In this document: positions 10,751 to 20,737 of the stretch, one piece after another
Numbering within the stretch: the stretch's first letter is position 1
Layout of the letters: each line of letters opens with the position of its first letter
NCBI GenBank assembly: GCA_963806225.1
Contig: CAWDXG010000004.1
Location: forward strand, 480,001-544,000
Length of the DNA stretch: 64,000 nucleotides
Reading direction: 5' to 3'
DNA from: an uncultured delta proteobacterium
Lineage (GTDB): Bacteria > Myxococcota_A > Polyangia > Polyangiales > Polyangiaceae
Made by a program: the position numbers and the translations under genes
The notes under the pieces: generated by a model
Databases searched by the model: none
Told to the model about the DNA's origin: nothing
The model's input: the letters and a program-made list of their open reading frames with translations, nothing else

Positions 10751-11884
10751 ATGACCACTCCGATCGACATCGAGAAGCTTCCAGGCACCGCCCGGAAGAT
10801 CCTGGGCGGCAGCGCACCGGCAGCCATGCGCATGATGGCCGCCAAGGGCATCGTTCCGGGCGTCCGACCCGGCGACCTCGTGACCGTCATCGTCCTGCTG
10901 CGGGAGGACGACGACGAGAAGGTCGCCGCTGCTGCCCGCGCCACACTGGCCGCACTGCCCCCACCGGTGCTCGGCGGCGCGCTCACGGCGGATCTGGAAC
11001 CGCTGGCGATCGAGGCGCTCGCGGAGCACTACGCGACGAACCACGACGCGGTCGAGAAGCTCCTGCGCATGCCGCGCATCGACCAGGCGGCGCTGGAGCA
11101 TCTGGCCGAGCACGCGGATGAACGCGCCGGCGAGCTCATCGCGACGAACGAGCGCCTGATGCTCGAGCACCCGACGGTGATCGAGAAGCTCTACCTGAAC
11201 AAGCAGGTCCGCATGTCGACGGCGGACCGCCTGCTCGAGCTGGCGGTCCGCAATGGCCTGGAGCTCGGCATCCCGGCCTTCAAGGAGGCCGCCGCCGCGA
11301 TCAAGAACGAGCTCATCCCGGAACCGAGCGACGAGCCCACTTTCGACGATGTGCTGTTCAAGGAGACCGAACAGATCGCGCGCGTCGCGGCGCTCGAGAG
11401 CGACGACGACGACACCCACGAGGTCGACGACGAGGGGGAGGAGCAGATCAAGCAGAAGTTCCTGCCGCTCCACACGCAGATCGCCCAGATGACCGTCACC
11501 CAGAAGATCCGCCGCGCGATGCTCGGCACGTCTGCCGAGCGGCTGATCCTGGTGCGGGATTCGAACCGGCTGGTCTCGTCCGCCGTAGTGAAGAGCCCGC
11601 TGATGCGCGAGAACGAAGCAATGCGGATCAGCGCCAGCAGGAGCGTTTCCGACGACGTCCTCAGAAGCCTCGCCCTGAACCGCGAGTTCACCAGAAACTA
11701 CCAGATCAAGCTGAACCTGGTGAGCAACCCGCGCACTCCGCTCACCTTCGCGTCACGCTTGATCCCGCATCTCAGGGAGAGCGACCTGAAGTCGCTGTCG
11801 CGGAGCAAGAACATCGCGGGAGCCATCGCCCAGGCGGTCAAGCAGCAGCTGCTCCGCAAGCAGGGCAAGGCGGGCCGCCGCTAG
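10751..11884 (+). CDS. hypothetical helical-repeat (LRV/HEAT-like) protein
   Basis: strong GC3 codon bias; helical repeats such as LVSNPRTP and VVKSPLM; acidic central linker. Confidence 0.7.
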   Translation: MTTPIDIEKLPGTARKILGGSAPAAMRMMAAKGIVPGVRPGDLVTVIVLLREDDDEKVAAAARATLAALPPPVLGGALTADLEPLAIEALAEHYATNHDAVEKLLRMPRIDQAALEHLAEHADERAGELIATNERLMLEHPTVIEKLYLNKQVRMSTADRLLELAVRNGLELGIPAFKEAAAAIKNELIPEPSDEPTFDDVLFKETEQIARVAALESDDDDTHEVDDEGEEQIKQKFLPLHTQIAQMTVTQKIRRAMLGTSAERLILVRDSNRLVSSAVVKSPLMRENEAMRISASRSVSDDVLRSLALNREFTRNYQIKLNLVSNPRTPLTFASRLIPHLRESDLKSLSRSKNIAGAIAQAVKQQLLRKQGKAGRR

Positions 11885-11903
11885 CTCGGCCGGAGCCCGC
11901 GCG

Positions 11904-12335
11904 TCAGTGTCCGTGTGCGTGTCCGCCGCCGGATGGCAGCGCGGCGGCAGCCACGTGCCCGCTCTCGACGCCGCGCGTTCCGATCAGTCGATCGGCCATC
12001 GACTTCAGCGACCGCGCCGGCCCGCGGGCGGCGATCACCTCCATGCAGTGGTCGTGATCGAGGTGTACGTGCAGGGTCGAGATGATGAGCTCGCCGTGGT
12101 CGTGCTGGATCCTCGTGAGCCGATCGGTCAGCTCGCGCACGTGATGGTCGTAGATGATCGTGATGGTGGCGACCGTCTGCGTACCGCGCTGCCAGGCGTC
12201 CTGATCGAGCTCCTTGCGCACGAGATCGCGCAGCGCCTCCGATCGATTCTGGTAGCCGCGTCGTTCCACCAGCTCGTCGAATCGCCCGAGCAGGGCGCGG
12301 TCCATCGCTACACCGAAACGAACGAGGTCGGCCAC
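11904..12335 (-). CDS. nikR: nickel-responsive transcriptional regulator NikR
   Basis: RFGVAMD..GYQNRSEALRDLVR ribbon-helix-helix; YDHH, STLHVHLDHDHCMEVI. Confidence 0.92.
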   Translation of the reverse strand: MADLVRFGVAMDRALLGRFDELVERRGYQNRSEALRDLVRKELDQDAWQRGTQTVATITIIYDHHVRELTDRLTRIQHDHGELIISTLHVHLDHDHCMEVIAARGPARSLKSMADRLIGTRGVESGHVAAAALPSGGGHAHGH

Positions 12336-12382
12336 GCCAGAAGCGTTGTCGACGCCGCCCCCCGCGTCAATGAAGGCTCCGC

Positions 12383-13216
12383 TCAGGGTCGGCCGTACTT
12401 GCGCACCCTGGCTGCGAGCTTCGCGTCGTGGATCTGCTTCATCAGCTTCTCCACGTGAGGATCGATGACGTAGGACGCGACGCGCTCCTTCGTTTCGAGC
12501 TTCTTCTTGTACTGCTCGGCGGCAAACTTGGTCTTGAACGGGCCGATCCGCACGCGGTGCCACAGGCCCTTGCCGTTCACGTACGCCGCCTGCCGATACG
12601 CCTCGTGACCGCGCCGCCGGAGATCCGCCACGAACGCGTCCGCGTCCGCCTGGTTCTTGAAGCTGGCCACCTGGATCTGGTAGCCGCCCGGCGACCCTTC
12701 CGGGGCGAGCTCTGCGTTGTTCGCGACCTTCGAGGCATCCGCCGCAAGCTCCGTGAGCTGGTCCTTCGGCTGGGTCGTGACCGGAGTCTCGCTGAGCAGC
12801 GACCCGGCGGGCAGCGGCACGACCGGCAGCTTGTCCGCGGCGGGCGGCGGCTCGCTCGGCGCCGCCGGCTCGTCCTGGGACTGCTTGACGAGCCGCCCGT
12901 GCGCGTCCTTCACCGCCGCGAGCGCCGTGGTGGGTTCCTTGTCGTCGCTCAGGATCCCGGGGAACGTCACGTCGCGACCGTCGAGCTTCTCGGCGGGCTC
13001 GGCCTTGTCCTTCTTCGCGTCCGCCACCAGCGCTGCCAGCGGATCCTTGGGCGAACGAGCCGGCGGACCACTACGCCGGGCGCTCATCACCGCGACAATC
13101 ACCAGCGCGGCGCCCCCCATCGAAGCGAGAAGCAACGTGCCCAGCCGCGACGAGCGCTTGCGACTGTCGCTTTCCTGGATCTGCTCGAGGTTGCGTACGT
13201 TCACCGACTCCATCAC
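12383..13216 (-). CDS. SPOR domain cell-envelope/division protein
   Basis: N-terminal TM, Pro-rich linker, YQIQVASFK..WHRVRIGPF; lies downstream of argS. Confidence 0.85.
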   Translation of the reverse strand: MMESVNVRNLEQIQESDSRKRSSRLGTLLLASMGGAALVIVAVMSARRSGPPARSPKDPLAALVADAKKDKAEPAEKLDGRDVTFPGILSDDKEPTTALAAVKDAHGRLVKQSQDEPAAPSEPPPAADKLPVVPLPAGSLLSETPVTTQPKDQLTELAADASKVANNAELAPEGSPGGYQIQVASFKNQADADAFVADLRRRGHEAYRQAAYVNGKGLWHRVRIGPFKTKFAAEQYKKKLETKERVASYVIDPHVEKLMKQIHDAKLAARVRKYGRP

Positions 13217-13243
13217 TGACTCCTCTCGAGGGCGCGGGCAGGG

Positions 13244-15037
13244 CTAGCCCGGAGGCTCCTCTTCGTCTTCCGGTTCGCGGGTCATGCGCTCGGGCGCTTC
13301 CAGGCCCAGAAGCTCGAGACCGCTCCGGTACACCGTGCGGATCGCGTCGACCCACAGAAGCCGCCCGAGCGTCTTGTCCCGATCCCAGTGCGCTTCCCAC
13401 CCCGGCTCGGCCATCTGCCGCGCGGTCGGTAGGATGGCGTCCTTCTCGGTGCGGAGCTGCGTGTAGTAGCTCTGGAACGCCTGCGCGATGCCCTGCAGAT
13501 AGAACACCACGCGGTGTGGGTCGCGGCCCAGGGCCGCCTCGGCGAGCACGCCGGGGTATCGACCCAGCTCGGCGATCAACCTGAGCTCGAGTGGATGCTC
13601 CACACGGGCGGCAAGCCCCGGCGAATAGCGAGGCGTGCCGAGCCCCAGCTTCCCGCGCGCCCGCCGCTGGATGGAGCACAGCCGCGCGTGCCCGTACTGG
13701 ATGTAGAAGACCGGATTTTCGCTTTCCTGCTTCTTCGCCAGCTCGATGTCGAGCACGATCGGCGTGTCCACGCGGCGCGACAGATAGAAGAAGCGCAGCG
13801 CGTCGCGCCCCGCGTGCGGGTTGCCGACGGCCTCGTCGATCTCGTCGATGACCTCCTGCAGCGTGATCAGGTTCCCGAGCCGCTTGCCCATGCGGTACGG
13901 CTTGCCGTCGCGCATCAGGCTGACCAGCTGGAAGAGCAGCACCTCGAAGCGCTCCGCGTCGTGACCGAGCGCCTCGATGGCGCTCTTCATGCGTGCGATG
14001 TAACCGTGGTGATCGGCGCCCCAGACATCGATCATGCGCTCGAAACCACGTGCGATCTTGTCGTCGTGGTACGCGATATCACTGGCAAAATAGGTGAAGT
14101 TGCCGTCGCGCTTCCGGACCACGCGGTCCTTCTCGTCCTCGTCGCCCGTGACGAACACGGTCGCTCCGTCGTCCGTCTTTGAAAGTCGCCCCTTGGCGTC
14201 GAGCTCGGCGAGCGTACGCCCCACCCTGCCCCAGCGGTGCAGCGACTCCTCGCTGGTCCACACGTCGAACTCGATGCCCATGCGCCGCAGGATCGGGCGG
14301 ATGCCGGCCAGTTCGGAACCTGGCATGCCGTCGAGCATGAGCGTGACGCACTGGCGCATCAGCTTGCCCTCGGCGTCCGGCTCGAGCAGCTCGGGATGGT
14401 GGCTCTGGATCGCGGTCGCCAGCTCTGTCACGTACCCGCCGCCGTAGCCGCCCTCCGGCGGCGGCTTGCCCGCGCCGGCCGCGCGCACGCTCGTGGGCCA
14501 GGAGCCGCACCTGGTTGCCGAAGTCGTTGATGTAGTACTCGCGCGTCACGCGGTGTCCCGTGGCCTCGAGCAGCCGCGCGACCGCGTCGCCCACCACCGC
14601 CCCGCGGCCATGGCTGACCAGCAGCGGACCGGTCGGGTTCGCGCTCACGAACTCCACGTTCACGCGCTCTCCGGTCGCCGCCGGCGCGCGCCCGTAGGCT
14701 CGCCCGGCGCCGAGCACCTCGTCGAGCACGCGGTGGAACGCCGGCGGATGGAAGCCCACGTTGAGGAAGCCGGGCCCCGCCACCTCGACCTGTCGGACTT
14801 CCGGAAGCCTCGCGCAATCGCTCCGCGATCCGCTCGGCCAGCTCGCGCGGGTTCTTCTTCGCGGGCTTGCCCAGCACGAGCGCGACGTTGCTCGCCAGAT
14901 CACCGGAGCCGCCACGCCGCGGGCGGCTCGACGTTGAAGCGCGCGCCCTGCACCAGGGCGGCATCCAGCTCCCCGGCCGAAGCCAGCGCATCCAGCGCAT
15001 CCTCGATGTGGCCGCGCAGCTGTTCCTCAAGACCCAT
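13244..15037 (-). CDS. argS: arginine--tRNA ligase (about three frameshifts, near 14490, 14800 and 14915)
   Basis: GDLASNVAL, VAGPGFLN, VEFVSANPTGPL..HGRG, EYYINDFGNQ, YFASDIAYH, WGADHHGY, NPVFYIQYGHAR across frames. Confidence 0.92.
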
Positions 15038-16400
15038 ATGTCCAATCCCTTTCGCTAGCGCTCCCGGGCGATTCGGCCCAGTTTCTGGAGGGTTGTGGCG
15101 GACTTCCGGACGCCCGCGACAGACCGGCCAGCCCACTTGGCCCCGTGATCTGCAGCGCCTTCCACAGCGTCTCCTCGACCTCGCGCGCCGGATCGCTGTC
15201 GGCCACGATCCCCCCTCCGGCGAAATAGTGCCCTGTGGTGCCTACGACCGTCAGCGTCCGGATCGCCATGCCGAGCGTGAGCCCTCCGTCCTGCCTGAGC
15301 GCGCCGAAAGCGCCCGTGTAGAGCCCACGCCGATCGGGCTCGAGCCCGGCAATGACCTCCATCGCCCGCACCTTCGGCGCGCCGGTGACGCTGCCGCTCG
15401 GCAGCATGGCCGACAGAAGCTCCCGCCGGCCGAGCCCCTGCCCGAGCACCGCGCCGAGCAGCGCGACGCGGTGGTGCAGGCTCGGATGCGTTTCCACGTG
15501 CGGCGGCTCGAGCAGCTCGACCGAGCCGGTACGCGCCACGCGGCCCAGGTCGTTGCGTTCCACGTCGAGGATCATCGCCAGCTCGGCGCGCTCCTTGGGA
15601 TCGGCGTCGAGCTCGCGGCAGAGCGCGGCATCGTCGGCAGCGCTGCCTCCGCGCGGCCGCGTGCCCTTGATGGGCGCCGTCAGCACGCGCCGGTCGGGCT
15701 CCAGCGCCAGGAACAGCTCCGGCGAGGTGCTCACCACGTCCACAGCGCCCAGACGCAGCGCCGCCGCGTACGGCGCCGCGGCGCACCGCGACAGCGTCTC
15801 CAGCACGTCGACCGGATGCCCCGTCACGGCGAGATCGAAGCGGCGCGCCAGGTTCACCTGGTACAGATCGCCCCGCGCTATCAGCGACAGGGCCTGCTCT
15901 ATGCGCGCAGCGTGCCTCGCGCCCGGCTCGACCCGCATGAGCTCGAGCTTCGCGGGCGCCCGGGGCGCGGAGGCCAGCCCCGCGCGCACTCGCCGCGCAA
16001 GATCCCGCACCGCGCCTGCGTCGTCACCGACCAGCTCGACGCTATCACCAGCTATTTTCGCGACGGCGGCGTAGCGCCGCCAGAGCGGCCTGTCGACGTG
16101 CGGCGCCGGCCGCGGATCAGACGACCGGGTCCAGCGGGGGCGCTCCAGCGAGCGGCACGTCTCGTAGGGCAGCACGCCGATCCAGCGCGGCGCGTGGCCG
16201 GCGGCGCCGAGCGCAGGATCCAGCTCGAGCGACGGCTCGGGATCGAGCCCGGAGACCTCGTCGATCGGGTCCGAGCCCACGTAGGACGGCCCGCCGCCCC
16301 GCGCGCTCCAGAGCAGCGATAGCCCGGGGCGATCCGCCAGCGCACGCGCCACGACGAGCGGATCGGCGTACACATCGAGCGACTCCCGGCACAGCGGCAT
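15027..16400 (-). CDS. chorismate-binding enzyme, anthranilate synthase component I / PabB family
   Basis: GDLYQVNL, SPELFL, PIKGTRPR, KERAELAMILDVERNDLGRV, PSGSVTGAPKVRAM, AGGGIVADS. Confidence 0.9.
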   Translation of the reverse strand: MPLCRESLDVYADPLVVARALADRPGLSLLWSARGGGPSYVGSDPIDEVSGLDPEPSLELDPALGAAGHAPRWIGVLPYETCRSLERPRWTRSSDPRPAPHVDRPLWRRYAAVAKIAGDSVELVGDDAGAVRDLARRVRAGLASAPRAPAKLELMRVEPGARHAARIEQALSLIARGDLYQVNLARRFDLAVTGHPVDVLETLSRCAAAPYAAALRLGAVDVVSTSPELFLALEPDRRVLTAPIKGTRPRGGSAADDAALCRELDADPKERAELAMILDVERNDLGRVARTGSVELLEPPHVETHPSLHHRVALLGAVLGQGLGRRELLSAMLPSGSVTGAPKVRAMEVIAGLEPDRRGLYTGAFGALRQDGGLTLGMAIRTLTVVGTTGHYFAGGGIVADSDPAREVEETLWKALQITGPSGLAGLSRASGSPPQPSRNWAESPGSASERDWTYGS

Positions 16401-16481
16401 GAGCGGAGGTACGTAGCTGCCCTCGGTCCGCCGGACAAGACGCCGCTACCGCCCCAGGGCGATCCGCGCTAGTCGTCGCAG

Positions 16482-17834
16482 GTGGTCACCCGCCTCGCCC
16501 GCGCCGCTTCCGTGCTTCTCCTGCTCGCAAGCGCCGGTTGCGGGCAGGACCTGCTCGCGCCAGGCCGCGCCGAGCTCGTGACTGGGCACGAGAAGGACAC
16601 CTGGACCGCGAAGCCCGCGCCGATCCACGTCGTGGTCGACAAGCTTTTGTCCTCGAGTGGCGACAAGGTGTCGATCGCGAGCGGCGACGCGCCGCTGTCC
16701 AGCTTCTCGCTGGGCACCGGCGCGCAGGGCGTGTACCGCGTGACCGCGCGCGACAAGGACCAGGTGGTGCGGGTCGAGGGCTGGTCGGTCGCGATCGATC
16801 CGGCTGCGGTCGCCGCCCACACGCTGCCGCTTTTCGTGCAGCGCTCCGACGAATTCGCGCGGCCGCCCGGCTTTCTGGGCACCGATCAGGGCACGGCCCC
16901 GCCGGCGGCCGTGTTCGGCGCGCGGCATCTCCTGCTGGGCGGCGCGAGCCAGGGCACGGAGATGGTGCTGGACGGCTACGACCTCGGCCTGTGGACAGCC
17001 GACTCGACCACCACCACGATCGCGTGCCCGTCCAAACCGTGCCACTTCCGCTCGCTCGCCGTGGTGGGCTCGGTCGCCCTCGGCGTCGGGGACGACTGGG
17101 CGGTCTGGTACGATGTCGACGCGGGCGAGAGCGGCAAGGCGCCGCTGCCCGACGGCCTCGCCAGCTTCGCCGACATCGCCGGCGGGCAGACGGTCACGGC
17201 GCCGGACGGCTCGGCGTACATCGTCGGCGCCACGCGCGCCGACCCGCCCACCGCCAGCGTGCTCAGGATCGACGCGGACAAGACGCTGCATGCGCTGTCC
17301 CTGGTGACGCCGCGCGCCGGTGCCGCCGCGGCGTGGGTCGAGGGGCGCGGGCTGGTCGTGGCCGGCGGCAGCGCCCAGGGCGCCGGCGTCGAGCTGGCTG
17401 CCGCCGACGCCACGGCGTTCGAAGCGGTTGGCTACGCGGCGGATCCGACCACCGGAGCGGCGCTGGCCGTGCTCGACGGCTCCAGTGTGCTGCGCGTCGG
17501 TGGGCACGACGCCCAGGGCAACGCTGCGGCCACGGTGAGCCTGGCGCTCGGCTGCAAGAACACCTGCACAGCCGCGGCGCGGGGCAATCCCGTGCCGCTC
17601 GACGCGGCGCGCGCCTTCCATTTCGACGCGGGCGACGTACTGGTTATGGGGACGGACAAGAGCGGCATGACCGGCGCGATCCGGCTGACCGGCAACGCCC
17701 AGTCGCCAGTCCAGCTGCGCGAGCCGCGCAAGGGCGCCACGGCGCTGCTCGCTCCAACAGGACAGGTCGCGGTGGTCGGCGGTGTGCACGCGGATGGCAC
17801 GCCCGTGCACAGCGTCGAGCTGTATCTGCCCTAG
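16482..17834 (+). CDS. hypothetical lipoprotein with kelch-like beta-propeller
   Basis: lipobox SAGC; blade-like motifs PRAGAAAAWVEGRGLVVAGG and PRKGATALLAPTGQVAVVGG. Confidence 0.7.
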   Translation: MVTRLARAASVLLLLASAGCGQDLLAPGRAELVTGHEKDTWTAKPAPIHVVVDKLLSSSGDKVSIASGDAPLSSFSLGTGAQGVYRVTARDKDQVVRVEGWSVAIDPAAVAAHTLPLFVQRSDEFARPPGFLGTDQGTAPPAAVFGARHLLLGGASQGTEMVLDGYDLGLWTADSTTTTIACPSKPCHFRSLAVVGSVALGVGDDWAVWYDVDAGESGKAPLPDGLASFADIAGGQTVTAPDGSAYIVGATRADPPTASVLRIDADKTLHALSLVTPRAGAAAAWVEGRGLVVAGGSAQGAGVELAAADATAFEAVGYAADPTTGAALAVLDGSSVLRVGGHDAQGNAAATVSLALGCKNTCTAAARGNPVPLDAARAFHFDAGDVLVMGTDKSGMTGAIRLTGNAQSPVQLREPRKGATALLAPTGQVAVVGGVHADGTPVHSVELYLP

Positions 17835-18718
17835 AATCTGGCGGTGCGGACGACGCTGCGGCGCGTGACGATGGCATCGGACAGCGGCGCTTCTGCGCTG
17901 GCACCCGGCCACACCACACAGCGCGCAACGGGACCCTCGCCGCGGATCTGCGCGCCAGCGCCCACCACGCTGTTCGAGAGCCGCACGCCGCTTTCAAGCC
18001 GCGCGCCCGGCCCCAGCCACGATCCCTCGTGGTTCGCGTAGCGGGCGAGCCAGAGCAGGTTCGCCTCCAGGTAGCTCGCAGGGTCGCCGGCGTCCGTCCA
18101 GTCGCCGGAAACCGGCCGCGTCCAGACCACAGCGCCGCGCCGGAGCAGTGGCAGCGCCACGTCGCCGATCAGACAACCTTCCGCGGGCAGCTCCTGCAGA
18201 CAGCGAGCGCCCAGCGCCGCCACGCCGACGTAGTCCCCGCCCGCGCTCTCGTCGCCGAAGCGCTCGCCGCGCAGCCGCACCACGCGGCCGTCCGCCGCGA
18301 GCCCGACGGTCCCCTCGCCCGCCGCCCGCGGCGCCACCGCGAGACACAGACCTCCCTCCCCCGCCGCGGCCAGCAGAGCGTCGATGGGCGGCTGCACCAG
18401 GATGTCGCCGTTCCAGACCAGCACCGGCGCGGGACCGAGCAGCGCCCTCGCGCCGGCCACACCCCCCGCCGTACCCCGGATCGTGGGTTCATGTATCACT
18501 TCGATTGTGATCGGTAACGAACTGATCTCGCTCGTGAAAGCTCCCGGAAGATGATGCGTGTTGATGACCGCACCCAGAAACCCCGCCGCGACCAGCTCCG
18601 CCGCCGTGTGGGCCAGGATCGAGCGGTCCCCGATCGGCACCAGCGGCTTGGGGAGCTCCTCCGTCAGGGGGCGGAGCCGCGTACCGAGCCCGGCGCACAG
18701 GATCATCACTCGCCGCAC
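17831..18718 (-). CDS. sugar-phosphate nucleotidyltransferase (MurU / mannose-1-P guanylyltransferase-like)
   Basis: MILCAGLGTRLRPLT..PKPLVP, GTAGG, NGD, WTDAG; short beta-helix tail. Confidence 0.85.
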   Translation of the reverse strand: MRRVMILCAGLGTRLRPLTEELPKPLVPIGDRSILAHTAAELVAAGFLGAVINTHHLPGAFTSEISSLPITIEVIHEPTIRGTAGGVAGARALLGPAPVLVWNGDILVQPPIDALLAAAGEGGLCLAVAPRAAGEGTVGLAADGRVVRLRGERFGDESAGGDYVGVAALGARCLQELPAEGCLIGDVALPLLRRGAVVWTRPVSGDWTDAGDPASYLEANLLWLARYANHEGSWLGPGARLESGVRLSNSVVGAGAQIRGEGPVARCVVWPGASAEAPLSDAIVTRRSVVRTARF

Positions 18719-18797
18719 GCCCGGAGCTTGCCGGGCGCCGACCTCTCCCGTCCACAAACTCGCCAGGCCGCCCCGTGGCGTGGTAGCGCCCCAGATC

Positions 18798-19316
18798 ATG
18801 AGCGCGGTCCGTACGCTGGCATCCGGCACGCTCGCGGCGGTGGTCTCCTTCCTCGTCGTGAGCGCGGCAGGCTGCGGCAGCGGAGCCGTCGGCGTCGACA
18901 AGTGCCGCAGTATCGAACAGGCGCGCTGTGAAGCGGGCTCCCACTGCGGCATCGTCGACGACGTGGAGCAGTGCAAGCTCTACTACCGCGACCAGTGCCT
19001 GCACGGCCTGGCCCACGGCGACGCGAGCAGCACCGAGGTCAACCACTGCGTCAAGGCCATCCAGCTCGCCGGGGACTGCGCGAAGGAGAACGGCGTCGAC
19101 GCCAAGCTCTCCAGCTGCGCGACGCCGCCCAGCGCCGCGCCGAACGGCCTGACCACGGCCTGCGAGATCGTCGAGACCCCACAACAGACGGACGAATGCG
19201 CTTTCCTCTCGCCCGTGCCTCCGGAGGCGGGACCGGTGGAAGGCGGAGGCAGCGACGCCGGAGACGCCGCGGTGGATGCCGCCAGCGACGCCAAGGGCGA
19301 CGCCAAGGGCGACTGA
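18798..19316 (+). CDS. Cys-rich hypothetical lipoprotein
   Basis: lipobox AAGC, many cysteines, DAG-rich tail. Confidence 0.7.
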   Translation: MSAVRTLASGTLAAVVSFLVVSAAGCGSGAVGVDKCRSIEQARCEAGSHCGIVDDVEQCKLYYRDQCLHGLAHGDASSTEVNHCVKAIQLAGDCAKENGVDAKLSSCATPPSAAPNGLTTACEIVETPQQTDECAFLSPVPPEAGPVEGGGSDAGDAAVDAASDAKGDAKGD

Positions 19317-19375
19317 CCGGCCTGGCCGGGTTCGGGTGGCGTCGTGCCGGCCGGGCGTCTATACGCTGGACGACC

Positions 19376-20734
19376 ATGCGCGCTTCGCTCGCCGCCCCCC
19401 TCCTGCCTCCGCTGGCGCTCCTCGCGCTCCTGGCGTCCTGCACCAGCTCCTCGACCGGCACCCCCACGCCGACCACACCCACCCTGGTGGCGATCGCGCC
19501 GGACGACTTCCTGGGCAACGTGCCGTGCGCCGACGCGCCGGGGGCCATGCGCCGCTACGTCGCGACGATCTACGACGTGACGCCGGGCATCGGCGGCGAC
19601 GGCGGTCCCACCGAATTCGCCCTGCCGAGCTCGGGGCCGGTGCCCTGCGCCCGGCAGATCGCCTTCGGCGGCGGGTTCGTGCTCCAGGGCCACCGCTACG
19701 TCGCGGACATCCAGGGCTACGACCGGACCGACATCGAACCGCTCGGCAGCGGCAGCAGCGTCATGGTCAACAGCAAGACCGGCGCCGTGGTGAAACCGCG
19801 CTGGACGACCTCCTGCGGCCGCGGAACCCCCTCGACGGCGGGCGATGCGGGCAGCACGGACGCGGGCAGCACCGATGCGGCCAGCACCGACGCGGGCAGC
19901 ACCGATGCGGCCAGCACCGATGCGGCCAGCACCGACGCGGCCAGCACCGATGCGGCCAGCACCGATGCGGCCAGCACCGATGCGGCCGGCGCCGATGCCG
20001 CCGGCGCCGAGGCGGGCGGTGCCGACGCGGGAAGTGCAGACGCAAGCCCCGCCGCTCCGCAACCCACCGGTCACCCCGCGGTCGCCGCACAGTACCAGAC
20101 CGTCTACGTGCGGGGCTGCGCGCCGCTCGCGGCCCAGCAGCCTCCCGGAGTAACCGGGATCTCCGTCGGCATCGACGCCGCCATGCGCTCCCCGCTCGCG
20201 CTGGCGTGCGGCAGCGCCGCCGGCCAGATCGCCCGCTACCGCGTCAGCCTCGACGGCTCCACGACCGCCCCGCTCGAAGCCGCCTGCGATCAGCGCGTCA
20301 CCTTCTTCTCTCTGACGCCCGGCAGCGGCTACCACTTCACGCTCGAGGCGTTCGAGCAGGGCGCGACCGCGCCTACGTGGGCGACGCACTGCTTCCAGAC
20401 CACGCTCGACGGCGCGATCGCGCCCGCTGCCTGCGATCCCCTGACCGACCAGGGAGGCATCCAGCTCGACTCCGCCGCGCTGCTGGCAAAGCTGGGTCTA
20501 TCCTGCGGCGACCAGCTCGTGGCGCTCGACGCCGAGCTCGCTACCACACCGGTCCAGAGCGCCGTGCAGACGCCGCCAGAGTGCCAGGCGCCGATCCGCT
20601 TCAGCGGGCTCACCGCCGGTCTCTACGGCATCGACGTGACGACCACGCTAACCACGGGTGCGGGACCCAGCGCCAGCTGCGTCGCGTCGGTCGAGCCCGC
20701 CGGCACGTCGCTGGCAAAGTGCACGCCCAACTAG
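19376..20734 (+). CDS. hypothetical lipoprotein with STDAA repeats
   Basis: lipobox LASC; paired cysteines; internal 15 bp repeat. Confidence 0.7.
   Translation: MRASLAAPLLPPLALLALLASCTSSSTGTPTPTTPTLVAIAPDDFLGNVPCADAPGAMRRYVATIYDVTPGIGGDGGPTEFALPSSGPVPCARQIAFGGGFVLQGHRYVADIQGYDRTDIEPLGSGSSVMVNSKTGAVVKPRWTTSCGRGTPSTAGDAGSTDAGSTDAASTDAGSTDAASTDAASTDAASTDAASTDAASTDAAGADAAGAEAGGADAGSADASPAAPQPTGHPAVAAQYQTVYVRGCAPLAAQQPPGVTGISVGIDAAMRSPLALACGSAAGQIARYRVSLDGSTTAPLEAACDQRVTFFSLTPGSGYHFTLEAFEQGATAPTWATHCFQTTLDGAIAPAACDPLTDQGGIQLDSAALLAKLGLSCGDQLVALDAELATTPVQSAVQTPPECQAPIRFSGLTAGLYGIDVTTTLTTGAGPSASCVASVEPAGTSLAKCTPN
19844..20044 (+). repeat. coding 15 bp tandem repeat (STDA[AG], about 9 copies plus degenerate copies)
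   Basis: repeated gcggccagcaccgat. Confidence 0.9.
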
Positions 20735-20737
20735 TCC

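Noticed and set aside
7759..11121. 1120 aa plus-strand ORF and other long Arg/Ala-rich ORFs (e.g. 25075-27813, 19276-21927)
   Set aside because: Shadow frames of real genes in high-GC DNA; no recognisable motifs.
11904..12335. NikR-regulated nickel uptake locus
   Set aside because: No nickel enzyme or clear nik operon adjacent; the ABC genes 7 kb away cannot be assigned to nickel from sequence alone.
13244..15037. argS, lon, aminopeptidase, ABC binding protein, anti-sigma and others as pseudogenes or programmed frameshifts
   Set aside because: Indels are scattered over many genes, including normally essential argS, with motifs intact and no accumulation of stop codons; assembly error is the simpler explanation. 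Read mapping would settle it.
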